Assembly (NCBI GenBank): GCA_021647905.1
Contig: JAKITW010000004.1
Span: forward strand, 2,123-66,122
Origin: Desulfobacterales bacterium
GTDB lineage: Bacteria; Desulfobacterota; Desulfobulbia; Desulfobulbales; BM004
Length of the DNA stretch: 64,000 nt
Reading direction: 5' to 3'
The notes beneath the pieces were generated by a model. The model was given only the letters and a program-made list of their open reading frames with translations, was not told where the DNA came from and ran no database searches. Below, one piece after another: positions 1-9,229 of this stretch (position 1 is the first letter of the stretch; each line of letters begins with the position of its first letter). A program made the position numbers and the translations under genes.

Positions 1-1794
1 GGGGTCTTTGAGACCGTTTGTCTGCTGCTCCTGAAACCCTACTTTCCTGTTCCACAGATTCTGGGGTCATTGGCAATCTTCCGGGTCGTCTATTATCTGT
101 TGCCCCTTGTACTGGCCGCTGTTTTGCTGGGCGGGTTCGGATTACGCCGCCATCAGGCCCGGCTGCGCGGCATACTTCATGGACTGGACAGCGGCCTCTC
201 CATGGTCGCGCCGCGGCTTTTCTCGCTGGCAGCCTTTGCCGGCGGCATTGTCCTGCTGTTCTCCGGCGCCACGCCGGCAATGCCCCGCCGTCTTGCCTGG
301 CTTGAACATTTTGTGCCATTGGCCTTTACCGAAACATTCCACTTTGTTGCCAGTCTCATGGGCGTCGGGCTGCTGATTCTTGCCAGGGGATTGCAGCGCC
401 GTCTTGACGGCGCCTACCTGCTCACGCTTTTGTTGTTGGCTGCGGGAGCTGTCTTTTCATTGCTGAAAGGTATTGATTACGAGGAGGCAATTCTGCTTGC
501 CGCCTTGTTTGCGGCTCTTTTACCTTGCCGCCGACATTTTTACCGCAAGGCCGCCCTGTTGAGCCAGCCCTTCACCTTCGGCTGGATAACGGCCATCACC
601 CTGGTAATATCAGCCACCACCTGGTTGATCTTTTTTTCATACAAACATGTGGCCTATTCCCATGAACTGTGGTGGCGATTCGCCTTCAGCGCCGATGCGC
701 CCCGGTCGCTGCGGAGCATGGTGGGCGTGGTCACCGTTGCCGGTTGCTTTGCCCTGGCCAGGCTGCTGCGGCCGCGGCCGCCCCGTGCCCTGATTTCACC
801 GGCCGACCCCGGAGACATCAGCCGGGCAAAGGCCATTGTCGCCCGCGCCGATACAACCTCGGCCAACCTTGCCCTGTTGGGCGACAAGCGGTTTCTCTTC
901 AGTAACAGCGGCGAATCCTTTCTCATGTACGGTATCAGGAGGAAAAGCTGGGTGGCCATGGGTGACCCGGTCGGTCCGGTGAATGAGTTGCCCGAGCTTA
1001 TCTGGCAATTTAAGGAGATGAGCGACCGCCATGGGGGATGGCCGGTATTCTATGAAACAAGCCATAAATACCTCCATTACTACGTTGATATCGGTCTTAC
1101 GCTTTTTAAACTTGGCGAGGAGGCCAGGGTGTTGCTTGATGATTTCACCCTTAACGGCCGTTCGGTAAAAGGACTGCGTTATACCAAGAACCGGTTTGAA
1201 AAAGATGGGTGGCGGTTTTCAGTGGCGCCCCGTGAAGACGTGCCAGGACTGCTGCCGGACCTGCAGGCTGTCTCCGATGCCTGGCTTGCTCGGAAGCAGA
1301 CCAGGGAAAAAGGTTTTTCCCTGGGTTTTTTCGACCCTGAATATCTGAAACATTTTCCCGTGGCCCTTGTCAAGAAAGGAGACAAAATATACGCCTTTGC
1401 CAATATATGGCAAGCCGCGGCCGGCAACGAACTCTCCATTGATCTCATGCGGCACCTTGCCGAAGCGCCATCTGGAGTGATGGATTTCCTGTTCATCCAC
1501 CTCATGCTCTGGGGCAAGGAAAAAGGCTTCCGCCGGTTCAATCTCGGCATGGCGCCCCTGGCCGGTGTCAAGGACCACGCCCTGGCGCCGCTCTGGAACC
1601 GGACCGGGGCCTTTATTTTCCGGCATGGTGAACATTTTTACAACTTCCAGGGGCTGCGCCGGTATAAGGAAAAATTTCATCCTGTCTGGGAGCCCCGTTA
1701 TCTCGCCGCCCCGGGCCGGGTACAACTGCTGCCGGTGCTTATTGATATCGCCGTCCTCGTTTCCGGCGGTATCAAGGGTGTTATCGGTGAATAA
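1..1794 (+). CDS. mprF: MprF-family lysyl-phosphatidylglycerol synthase/flippase, 5'-truncated by the window edge
   Basis: Frame 1 is open from base 1, with no stop before the listed TTG at 70, so the gene starts upstream of the window. It has multiple TM helices followed by a DUF2156/LPG-synthase-like C-terminal region (FLFSNSGESFLMYGIRRKSWVAMGDPVG, FNLGMAPLAG, HFYNFQGLRRYKEKF). Confidence 0.8.
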   Translation, partial: GVFETVCLLLLKPYFPVPQILGSLAIFRVVYYLLPLVLAAVLLGGFGLRRHQARLRGILHGLDSGLSMVAPRLFSLAAFAGGIVLLFSGATPAMPRRLAWLEHFVPLAFTETFHFVASLMGVGLLILARGLQRRLDGAYLLTLLLLAAGAVFSLLKGIDYEEAILLAALFAALLPCRRHFYRKAALLSQPFTFGWITAITLVISATTWLIFFSYKHVAYSHELWWRFAFSADAPRSLRSMVGVVTVAGCFALARLLRPRPPRALISPADPGDISRAKAIVARADTTSANLALLGDKRFLFSNSGESFLMYGIRRKSWVAMGDPVGPVNELPELIWQFKEMSDRHGGWPVFYETSHKYLHYYVDIGLTLFKLGEEARVLLDDFTLNGRSVKGLRYTKNRFEKDGWRFSVAPREDVPGLLPDLQAVSDAWLARKQTREKGFSLGFFDPEYLKHFPVALVKKGDKIYAFANIWQAAAGNELSIDLMRHLAEAPSGVMDFLFIHLMLWGKEKGFRRFNLGMAPLAGVKDHALAPLWNRTGAFIFRHGEHFYNFQGLRRYKEKFHPVWEPRYLAAPGRVQLLPVLIDIAVLVSGGIKGVIGE

Positions 1795-1818
1795 TCTTCA
1801 ATTCAAACCGGCCCGCCC

Positions 1819-1832
1819 GGTAACGGTTCACC
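1819..1832 (-). promoter_or_regulatory. Copy of the GGTGAAC-S-GTTAC motif (reads cccGGTGAACCGTTACc on the minus strand)
   Basis: ggtaacggttcacc lies in the convergent mprF/usp gap and differs from the 13-mer GGTGAACGGTTAC at one base. Confidence refers to membership of the repeated motif, not to function. Confidence 0.45.
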
Positions 1833-1935
1833 GGGTGTAACCAATCCGGTTAATCCACCGCGCTGTAAGGGTTTGCCAGTGCCGGTCTTGACCGGCGGGC
1901 AGTTTATCCGCTGACCGATTATGCGCTGGATCACA

Positions 1936-2385
1936 TTATTTGTATGGATTAAAGGTCAATACCGGGCAGGGCGCCCTTTTGACAACCCGCCGGGCCACGG
2001 ATCCCAGCAGAACTTCCTCCAGCCGCTTGGCGCCGTGGGTACCGATAATGATCAGATCGGCCTTTTCCTGCTTGGCAAAAGCGATAACCTCGCTGACAAC
2101 ATCGCCCTTGCCAACCTTGCCGGTGCAGCCGGGGGATTTTGCCGTGCATCCCTCGACAAGCTCTGTCATTTTCCTCTCAGCGTGGTCCCAGATCTCCTTT
2201 TCCGCCTGCTGCACGGATGGAAACGCCACCAGTTCGACCTCGACATAGGTTTCATACAATTTAGCCACATGGAAAAAAGAGAGCCGGGCTGAAAACTTAT
2301 CCGCAACATAAGTTGCAAATTCAACGAGCTTGTCCGAATGTTCGCCAAAATCAACCGGAACAACTATTTTCTTAATTTCTTGCAT
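1936..2385 (-). CDS. Universal stress protein (UspA family)
   Basis: 149 aa with KKIVVPVDFGEHS, ADLIIIGTHG and LGSVARRVVKRAPCPVL motifs. The ATG at 2385 is preceded by GAGGAGGAG. Confidence 0.85.
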   Translation of the reverse strand: MQEIKKIVVPVDFGEHSDKLVEFATYVADKFSARLSFFHVAKLYETYVEVELVAFPSVQQAEKEIWDHAERKMTELVEGCTAKSPGCTGKVGKGDVVSEVIAFAKQEKADLIIIGTHGAKRLEEVLLGSVARRVVKRAPCPVLTFNPYK

Positions 2386-2642
2386 TTTTTCTCCTCCTCA
2401 TATTAGGCTGTATACGATGTCGGGTCAGGGCCGCGTTCCCTCCGCGGCCGGACAAAGCTCTAACCCATATAATGAATACTGCTTCATCAATTGTCAACCC
2501 TCCGCTTTGTTATTGGCGGATTTCCTCGCCTGGAATCATCGACCCGGCCGGGCCGTTAAGCAGGTTCCACCGGCTCGTCCGGCAACCTGCTCTTCACCAC
2601 CACAGACAACATGATCGATAAAATTTCAAACGTGGGGCGCCA

Positions 2643-3014
2643 GTGTCGGATCTAGAGGACCCAAGGGTATTTTTTGCATTGGAACGGACATTACTGGCCT
2701 GGAACCGCACCGGTGTCTCGCTGATGGCCCTGGGCTTTGTGATTGAACGGTTCGGTCTCTTCATGCAACTGCTCCAGAAAAAGGAAGTCATGGCCTTTCA
2801 CAGGATTGTTTCTCTATCCATCGGCGCGGTTTTTATCGGGCTGTCGACAATCATTCTTTTTTGTTCGATTGTTCAATACAAGAGGGCGTTGGCCACGCTG
2901 AGTCCGGCGGAGATACCAGCGGGGTATAACATATACGCCGGTGTAATCACTAACGGAATCGTTGGATTGCTGGGGTTGGCCTTGACCTTGTATGTCCTTC
3001 GTGGAGTTTTTTAG
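2643..3014 (+). CDS. DUF202 (YidH-like) small membrane protein
   Basis: GTG start, 123 aa. It has the ERTLLAWNRTGVSLMALG signature and three hydrophobic helices. Confidence 0.7.
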   Translation: MSDLEDPRVFFALERTLLAWNRTGVSLMALGFVIERFGLFMQLLQKKEVMAFHRIVSLSIGAVFIGLSTIILFCSIVQYKRALATLSPAEIPAGYNIYAGVITNGIVGLLGLALTLYVLRGVF

Positions 3015-3033
3015 TATAAACTCCAGGCAAGAG

Positions 3034-3128
3034 TTATATGAAAGTCGCCCCGGAAGAAGTCCGGTGCCCGGGGAATTTTCATTGTTCGTTATGGCTGCGG
3101 CCTGACATCTGGTCCAGCCATGCCGGTT
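3034..3128 (+). repeat. Dispersed repeat family R1, copy A
   Basis: TTATATGAAAGTCG ... ATTTTCATTGTTCGTTATGGCTGCGGCCTGACATCTGGTCCAGCCATGCCGGTT. It aligns with the copies at 6035, 19835(-), 22560(-) and 48949(-). Confidence 0.75.
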
Positions 3129-3415
3129 GGTCGTTCAGTAAACCCCCTCCTGTCGGGAAAGGGGTCTTCTTCTACCAACGGCCGCTCCATTGAGAAGGGC
3201 CGGCTGTTCATAAACAGGCTATCAAGCAGGAACTCGCTTCGTCGCGGCGGCGATTCGGAATCCATAAGCATATCATGCCGAAGTTGTTTCAAATTCCGCT
3301 TTTGCCGTCACGGCCGCGGCTCAGGGTCCGCTACACCGTTCGCTATAAGAAAACCCCTTTCCCGGTCCAACCTCAAACGTACGGGGTTTACCGAAACCTT
3401 ACATTACCATCCTGG

Positions 3416-4237
3416 TCAGCCGTTGCCGGCGGACCGGCGGGTGACCAGGACCCGGACGCCGGGACCGGCCGCGAGGATTGTTGCGGCGCTGGCCTCGCGG
3501 GCCGCGATCTCCAGAAATCCCCGGCTGTTGATCAGGCAGAGCAGCCGGCCCGGTTCGGCCCGGGCATAGGCGGTGACCAGGCCTTTTATCGGTGTGTCCC
3601 GGACAGTGACCGTTAATTCGCTCCGGTCGTAATCCCCGGGGATAAGCCCGGCCAGGTCCGCGGCAGTGATGTTGGTGGTCAGGTTGCCGAACCGGTCGCT
3701 GCCGGTAATCATTCCGGCCAGTTTTTTTTCAGCCGGGTCCAGCCGCGGTTCCGGCCGGGCCCGGCTGATGAGTTCATCACCAGACAGGCGCGGGCCCACC
3801 TCCTCGGGATTCATCCCGTGGGCCAGGGCCGCGGCCACCGGCGCCATGATGTCCCGGCCGTGAAATGTATGGCTCAGCGGTTCCAGGAACAGGTGTTCGC
3901 ACCGCACCGCCCGGGCGGACTCGAAAATATCCCGAGCCAGCAAGGGGGTAAGCAGGCCGTTGTCCGGGGCCAGAAACAGTTGGCCCCCGGCTGCGACCAG
4001 GACAATATCGCGGTCGCTTCCCACCCCGGGATCGACCACGGCCAGGTGGATGGTGCCGGCCGGAAAGTAGGGGAAGGCCGCGGCCAGGATTTCCGCGGCC
4101 CGATCCACGTCCTGGGGCGGAACCTGGTGGGTCAGATCCACCAGCCGGACCTGGGGGGCCCGGGCCAGAATCACCCCTTTCATGACCCCGACATATTCAT
4201 CGCTGGTTCCGAAATCAGTGGTCAGGGTGATGATCAA
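3416..4237 (-). CDS. SAM hydrolase / SAM hydroxide adenosyltransferase family protein (DUF62)
   Basis: Motifs IITLTTDFGTSDEYVGVMKGVI, HLAVVDPGVG and LAPDNGLL are present. The longest ORF reaches a TTG at 4375, but the in-frame TTG at 4237 gives the family-typical M-IITLTTDFG N-terminus, so the start is uncertain. Confidence 0.75.
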   Translation of the reverse strand: MIITLTTDFGTSDEYVGVMKGVILARAPQVRLVDLTHQVPPQDVDRAAEILAAAFPYFPAGTIHLAVVDPGVGSDRDIVLVAAGGQLFLAPDNGLLTPLLARDIFESARAVRCEHLFLEPLSHTFHGRDIMAPVAAALAHGMNPEEVGPRLSGDELISRARPEPRLDPAEKKLAGMITGSDRFGNLTTNITAADLAGLIPGDYDRSELTVTVRDTPIKGLVTAYARAEPGRLLCLINSRGFLEIAAREASAATILAAGPGVRVLVTRRSAGNG

Positions 4238-4431
4238 GGGACTGTCCTCGCCTGGTCCGTGCGTTTTCCCGGGTCGTTTATTGCCATAACCAACAAGATG
4301 TCTTACCTTGCAGATGAGGATCGGCAACCCCGAGGCCGGGCCTGATATTTTCTCTCTGGATACCCGACTCGGCAACGGAGATCAAGGGGGAAAATTATCA
4401 GCCCGGTGAATCCTGACCAAGGAAACCATCC

Positions 4432-5985
4432 ATGCATACCCAATCCCGCTTTATCGATTCGCTCCGTGACCCGGCCACCTTTACCCTGACCTTTGAGCTG
4501 GTGCCCGGCCGGGGCGGCAAGACCCGGGAGATCAACCGGATCCTGGACCTGGCCCGGCAGCTGGCCGCGGACCAGCGGTTTGTTGCGCTGAGCATCACCG
4601 AGAACGCGGGCGGCCACCCGGCCCTGTCGCCCGAGGTCATGGGCAAGGAGATCATGGCCATGGGCACCGAGGTGATCATCCATTTTTCCTGCAAGGACAA
4701 AAACCGCAACCAGATGGAGAGCCTGCTTTTTTCCTGGGACCGGCAGGGACTCCACAACCTCCTGGTCATTGCCGGCGACTATCCCAAAGAGGGGTACCGC
4801 GGCCTTCCCAAACCGGTCTTTGACCTGGACACTGTTCAGGCCCTGGACATGCTTTCCTTTTTGAACTGCGGCCAGGAGGGGACCGCCGCCACTGAGGCCG
4901 AAACACGCCAGCCCTGTTCCTTTGTCAAGGGGGTGGCGATCTCGCCCTTCAAACTGCTCGAATCCGAGCTGATGATGCAGTATTACAAGCTGCATCGCAA
5001 GGTGGCGGCGGGTGCGGATTTCGCCATCACCCAGGTGGGGTTCGATGCCCGCAAATTTCACGAACTGCTCCTGTACGTGGAACAGAACCGGCTGGACATC
5101 CCGTTGCTCGGCAATGTCTTTGTCCCGACCCTGCCGGTGGCGGAACTGATGTACCAGGGCCGGATACCCGGCTGCGTGATTCCGCAGTCATTGTACGAAC
5201 AGTTGCAATGGGAGGCGCGCACCCCGGATAAGGGCCGGGAGGCGAGGCTTGTCCGGGCGGCCCGGCTGCTGGCGGTGCTCAAGGGCATGGGCTATGGTGG
5301 GGCCCATATCGGCGGCCCGGGGCTGACCTATCAAGATCTGGATTTCATTGTCCGCCAGGCCCGGGCCCTGGCCCCGGACTGGCAGGACCTGGTACGCGAG
5401 CTTTCCTTCTGGCCCGGGCATGGTTTTTATTACTATCAACTGGACCCGCGCACCGGGCTCAACCGGGCCGAGCCGACCCCGCGCCCCGCCCCCCGGCCCG
5501 GGGGCGGTCTTCATTTTGCCCTGGCCAGGAGATTTCATGACCTGGTCTTTGTACCCCAGGGAGCACTGTACGGGGTGATGAAAAGGGGGTGTCTGGCCCT
5601 GGCCCAAGGCCGGTTCCGCTCCGGGCTCAACCGGTTCGAGCATCTCGGCAAGGCGATCCTCTTCGGCTGCCGGAACTGCGGGGACTGCGTTCTGGCGGAG
5701 CTGGCCTATCTCTGTCCCCAGGCGGGGTGCGCCAAATATCTTTTGAACGGACCCTGTGGCGGCAGCCGGGACGGCTGGTGCGAGGTCTATCCCGGCAAGA
5801 AACAATGCCTCTATGTCCTGGTCTACGAACGGCTTAAATCCCTGGGCCGGGAGGAGGATATGCGCCGGGGATTCATCCCGCCCCGCAACTGGGCGCTCAA
5901 CAACACCTCATCCTGGGCCAACTTCTTCCTGGGCCTGGATCACACCGCTGCCCGAGCCCAAGGGTCCGGGATGAAAAAAAAGTGA
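4432..5985 (+). CDS. metF: Methylenetetrahydrofolate reductase fused to a Cys-rich MetV-like C-terminal domain
   Basis: The N-terminal 300 aa are MTHFR-like (FTLTFELVPGRG, IIHFSCKDKNRNQMES, LLVIAGDYP). The C-terminus carries CRNCGDCVLAELAYLCPQAGCAKYLLNGPCGGSRDGWCEVYPGKKQC, as in the MTHFR C-terminal/MetV zinc-ribbon domain. Confidence 0.8.
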   Translation: MHTQSRFIDSLRDPATFTLTFELVPGRGGKTREINRILDLARQLAADQRFVALSITENAGGHPALSPEVMGKEIMAMGTEVIIHFSCKDKNRNQMESLLFSWDRQGLHNLLVIAGDYPKEGYRGLPKPVFDLDTVQALDMLSFLNCGQEGTAATEAETRQPCSFVKGVAISPFKLLESELMMQYYKLHRKVAAGADFAITQVGFDARKFHELLLYVEQNRLDIPLLGNVFVPTLPVAELMYQGRIPGCVIPQSLYEQLQWEARTPDKGREARLVRAARLLAVLKGMGYGGAHIGGPGLTYQDLDFIVRQARALAPDWQDLVRELSFWPGHGFYYYQLDPRTGLNRAEPTPRPAPRPGGGLHFALARRFHDLVFVPQGALYGVMKRGCLALAQGRFRSGLNRFEHLGKAILFGCRNCGDCVLAELAYLCPQAGCAKYLLNGPCGGSRDGWCEVYPGKKQCLYVLVYERLKSLGREEDMRRGFIPPRNWALNNTSSWANFFLGLDHTAARAQGSGMKKK

Positions 5986-6034
5986 AAAAACACTTTCTCT
6001 ATTGCAAAAAATGATTATATAGATGTTTTCCCTT

Positions 6035-6131
6035 TTATATGAAAGCCGCCTTGGGCAAAGCTCTGTGTTTGAGGAGATTTTCATTGTTGGTTGTGACTGC
6101 GGCCTGAAATTATGGTCCAGCGATGCTGGTT
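6035..6131 (+). repeat. Dispersed repeat family R1, copy B
   Basis: TTATATGAAAGCCG ... GATTTTCATTGTTGGTTGTGACTGCGGCCTGAAATTATGGTCCAGCGATGCTGGTT. It lies between the metF stop and the terminator at 6211. Confidence 0.75.
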
Positions 6132-6210
6132 TGTCCGGGGAACCGGCAACCAAACGGTCCGGTGGATCGACCTGCAAAGGCTAAAAGATACCCGGTGCCG
6201 GGTGTATTCT

Positions 6211-6262
6211 GTGCAACAGGCTGAAATTTTTATGACCTGCCTTTGTTGCACTGTTTTTTTTT
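6211..6262 (+). terminator. Rho-independent terminator downstream of metF, about 40 nt upstream of purF
   Basis: The stem GTGCAACAGG / CCTGCCTTTGTTGCAC (one bulge) is followed by a 9-T run at 6254-6262. Confidence 0.6.
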
Positions 6263-6298
6263 AAAGACGGCTGTTTCACAAACTGCAAGGAATATCCG

Positions 6299-7705
6299 AT
6301 GATTTACCAACAAGACCAGACCCGGCCGCGCGAGGAATGCGGCGTCTGCGGGATCTTCGGTCACCCGGACGCGGCCAAGCTGACCTATTTCGGCCTCTAT
6401 GCCCTTCAGCATCGCGGCCAGGAAAGTGCCGGGATCGTTGCCTCCGATGGAACCCATGTCGTCCAGCACAAGGCCATGGGCCTGGTCCCCGAGGTCTTCA
6501 GCGAAGAAACCCTCCAGCGGTTGACCGGCCACCTGGCCGTGGGCCATGTCCGTTATTCCACCACCGGCGCCTCCCACCTGGTCAATGCCCAGCCGTTCAC
6601 GGTCACCCACCGGGGCGGGACCCTGGCCCTGGCCCACAACGGCAACCTGGTCAACACCCGGGCCCTGCGTGACGAACTGGAACTCAAGGGCTCGATCTTT
6701 CAGACCACCATGGACAGTGAAGTGGTGGTCCATCTCCTGGCCCGGGCCACTCCCCGGGGATTGGAAGAGGCGATCATCGAGACCTTTTCCCAGGCCAAGG
6801 GGGCCTATTCGATCCTGCTGATGACCCAGGACCAGTTGGTGGCGATCCGCGACCCGGCCGGGTTCCGGCCGCTCTGCCTCGGCAAGTTGAACAACGGCGC
6901 CTACATCGTTGCCTCGGAGACCTGCGCCCTGGACCTGGTCGAGGCCAGGTATGTCCGCGACGTGGAGCCGGGCGAGGTGCTGATTATTGACAAGGACGGC
7001 CTGAAATCGCTCTTTCCCTGGCCCAGGCAGCCGGCCAGCTTCTGTATTTTTGAGCACGTCTATTTTGCCCGGCCGGACAGCGATATCTTCGGCCTCAACG
7101 TCTACCAGAGCCGGAAACGGATGGGCGAGATCCTGGCCCGGGAATGCAGGATCGATGCTGATTTTGTCATGCCCTTTCCCGATTCGGGCAACTATGCGGC
7201 CCTCGGCTATTCCCAGGCCGCGGGGATCCCCCTGGAAATGGGGATGATCCGCAACCACTATGTGGGCCGCACCTTTATCCAGCCGACCCAGTCCATGCGG
7301 GACTTCGGGGTCCGGGTCAAGCTCAACCCGGTCCGTTCCTTTATCAAGGGCAAGCGGGTGATCATCATCGAGGACTCCATTGTCCGGGGCACCACCGGCC
7401 GCAGCCGGATCCGTTCGCTCAAGGAGGCTGGAGTCAAGGAGGTGCACATGCTGATCAGCTGCCCGCCCATCCGCCATCCCTGCTATTACGGGATCGACTT
7501 TGCCTCCCGCGGCGAGTTGATCGCCGCGGTCAAGAGCGTGGACGAGATCCGTGAGCATCTCGGCCTTGACTCCATCTACTACCTCAGCCTGGAGGGGCTG
7601 GTGGAGGCCATCGGCGCTGGCACGGATACCTTCTGCAAGGCCTGCTTTGACGGCAAGTACCCGATTGAGGCGGATACCAGCTTCAGAAAACTCTCTCTGG
7701 GATAA
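6299..7705 (+). CDS. purF: Amidophosphoribosyltransferase
   Basis: A short propeptide precedes CGVCGIFG and YALQHRGQESAGIV. A PRTase motif (VIIIEDSIVRGTT) is present, and the C-terminal Cys residues (CKACFDGKYP) fit the Fe-S type PurF. Confidence 0.95.
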   Translation: MIYQQDQTRPREECGVCGIFGHPDAAKLTYFGLYALQHRGQESAGIVASDGTHVVQHKAMGLVPEVFSEETLQRLTGHLAVGHVRYSTTGASHLVNAQPFTVTHRGGTLALAHNGNLVNTRALRDELELKGSIFQTTMDSEVVVHLLARATPRGLEEAIIETFSQAKGAYSILLMTQDQLVAIRDPAGFRPLCLGKLNNGAYIVASETCALDLVEARYVRDVEPGEVLIIDKDGLKSLFPWPRQPASFCIFEHVYFARPDSDIFGLNVYQSRKRMGEILARECRIDADFVMPFPDSGNYAALGYSQAAGIPLEMGMIRNHYVGRTFIQPTQSMRDFGVRVKLNPVRSFIKGKRVIIIEDSIVRGTTGRSRIRSLKEAGVKEVHMLISCPPIRHPCYYGIDFASRGELIAAVKSVDEIREHLGLDSIYYLSLEGLVEAIGAGTDTFCKACFDGKYPIEADTSFRKLSLG

Positions 7706-7753
7706 GTTACATACTGTTGCGGCTGAATATTTTTTCAGCCCCGGGAAAAAAGC

Positions 7754-7787
7754 AAAAAAAAGCCCCGGCTTCGGCCGGGGCTTTTTT
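7754..7787. terminator. Bidirectional rho-independent terminator between convergent purF and the DAHP synthase gene
   Basis: A8-GCCCCGGC-TTCG-GCCGGGGC-T6. A second small hairpin (GGCTGAA..TTCAGCC) lies at about 7723-7742. Confidence 0.8.
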
Positions 7788-7805
7788 ATATCTTTCCGCT
7801 GCGGC

Positions 7806-9155
7806 TCAGCTTCGAATCAACTCGGCGATCTGAAAGGCCAGCTCCAGGCTCTGCTCGGCGTTCAACCGCGGATCACAGTTGGTGAGATACCTCTCCTGCA
7901 GCTGCTGGTCCAGGATGTTGCGGCCGCCGCCGATGCATTCGGTGACGTTCTCGCCGGTGAGTTCGAAGTGGATCCCGCCCGGTACCGTGCCCTCGGCCCA
8001 GTGGATTTCGAAGAAGCAGCGGATCTCATCCATGATCTCCTCGAAATTACGGGTCTTGTGGCCGCTCTCGGCAGTATAGGTGTTGCCGTGCATGGGGTCG
8101 CAGCTCCAGACCACGGTGTGGCCGGACCGGGTGATTTCCTTGACCAGGGGCGGCAGATATTTTTCGATCTGTTTGGCCCCGAACCGGGTGATCAGGGTCA
8201 TGCGGCCGGCCTCGTTGTCCGGGTTCAGGCGGTCGAGAATCCGTTTGATCCGGTCAAGGTCATGGGAAGGGCCGACCTTCATCCCGAGCGGGTTCAACAC
8301 CCCGCGGAAGAACTCGATGTGGGCCCCGTCCGGCTGCCGGGTCCGGTCGCCGATCCAGAGCATGTGCGCGCTGCAGTCATACCAGTCGTTGGTGGTTGAA
8401 TCCTGCCGGGTCAGGGCCTCTTCATAACCCAGAATCAGGGCCTCGTGCGAGGTGAAGAACTCGGCCTGGCTGATCTGGGGCATCTCCGGGTCCAGGCCGA
8501 TGATCCGCATGAAGTCGATGGCCTGGCTGATCTGTTTGGCCAGCCGTTCATAGGATTGGCCCATGGGCGAACGTTTGACGAATTCGTTGTTCCAGGCATG
8601 GACCCGGCTCAGGGCGCCATAGCCGCCCCGGGTAAAGGCCCGGAGGATGTTCATGGTGGCAGCGGCCAGATAGTAGCCCTTGACCAGCCGCTGCGGGTCC
8701 GGCTGCCGCGCCTCCGGGGTGGGGTCCGGGCTGTTGACCATGTCGCCCCGGTAACTGGGGATCTCCCGGCCGTTTATCATCTCAGTGTCACTTGAGCGCG
8801 GCTTGGCATACTGGCCGGCGATCCGGCCCACCTTGATCACCGGTTTGCCGCCGGCATAGCTCAGGATCACCGCCATCTGCAGGATAATCTTAAGGGTCTC
8901 CCGGATCCCCGGGGCCGTGCAGTTGGCAAAATCCTCGGCGCAGTCGCCGCCCTGGAGGAGAAAGGCCTCGCCGGTGGCCGCCTTGGCCAGCAATTTTTTC
9001 AACCGCCGGATCTCGCCGGCAAAGACCAGCGGCGGAAGTTTGGAAATGCTGTCCAGGGCTGCCTGATATTCGGCCCCATCCGGCCAGTTCGGCTGTTGCA
9101 GGGCCTGAAAGTTACGCCAACTGGACTTGCTCCAGTTCGGTTGATTGCTGGTCAT
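7806..9155 (-). CDS. Class II (plant/actinobacterial-type) 3-deoxy-7-phosphoheptulonate (DAHP) synthase
   Basis: SSWRNFQALQQPNWPD, LLQGGDCAEDF and IGDRTRQPDGAHIEF are class II DAHPS signatures. I chose the ATG at 9155 (MTSNQPNW), which has AAGGAGAG 8 nt upstream, over the longer ORF start at 9278. Confidence 0.9.
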   Translation of the reverse strand: MTSNQPNWSKSSWRNFQALQQPNWPDGAEYQAALDSISKLPPLVFAGEIRRLKKLLAKAATGEAFLLQGGDCAEDFANCTAPGIRETLKIILQMAVILSYAGGKPVIKVGRIAGQYAKPRSSDTEMINGREIPSYRGDMVNSPDPTPEARQPDPQRLVKGYYLAAATMNILRAFTRGGYGALSRVHAWNNEFVKRSPMGQSYERLAKQISQAIDFMRIIGLDPEMPQISQAEFFTSHEALILGYEEALTRQDSTTNDWYDCSAHMLWIGDRTRQPDGAHIEFFRGVLNPLGMKVGPSHDLDRIKRILDRLNPDNEAGRMTLITRFGAKQIEKYLPPLVKEITRSGHTVVWSCDPMHGNTYTAESGHKTRNFEEIMDEIRCFFEIHWAEGTVPGGIHFELTGENVTECIGGGRNILDQQLQERYLTNCDPRLNAEQSLELAFQIAELIRS

Positions 9156-9229
9156 GTTTTGATACTCTCCTTTTGGTAAGTGATCACGGGTGGTGCAGAT
9201 GTGGATCCCCTGATCATTTACGTTTTTTT

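Noticed and set aside
3050-3075. RNase P-like string GAAGAAGTCCGGTGCCCGGGG inside R1 copy A
   Set aside because: It only superficially resembles GAGGAAAGUCCGGGC. The other R1 copies differ completely at this position, and no other RNase P elements are nearby.
3034-3128. R1 elements as integron attC sites or IS200/IS605 (TnpB omega-RNA) ends
   Set aside because: No R''/R' core sites (RYYYAAC / GTTRRRY) are present, and no integrase, TnpA or TnpB gene occurs anywhere in the window. This could be revisited if such genes carry the same sequence elsewhere in the genome.
3089-3569. ORFs of 67 aa (-) and 149 aa/113 aa (+) in the DUF202/SAM-hydrolase gap
   Set aside because: They are Arg/Ser/Pro-rich low-complexity translations. 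They overlap the R1 repeat and run antisense into the SAM hydrolase gene, and no ribosome-binding site is present.
5986-6298. Possible purine, ZTP or PRPP riboswitch upstream of purF
   Set aside because: The region consists of an R1 repeat copy followed by a terminator that most simply ends the metF transcript. None of the conserved cores of these riboswitch classes are visible. An attenuator role for the terminator cannot be fully excluded.
6230-7558. 442-aa ORF on the minus strand, antisense to purF
   Set aside because: It lies entirely inside the well-supported purF frame. The translation is low-complexity and rich in Gly, Asp, Pro, Ala and Arg, as expected for a shadow ORF in high-GC DNA, and no recognisable motifs are present.
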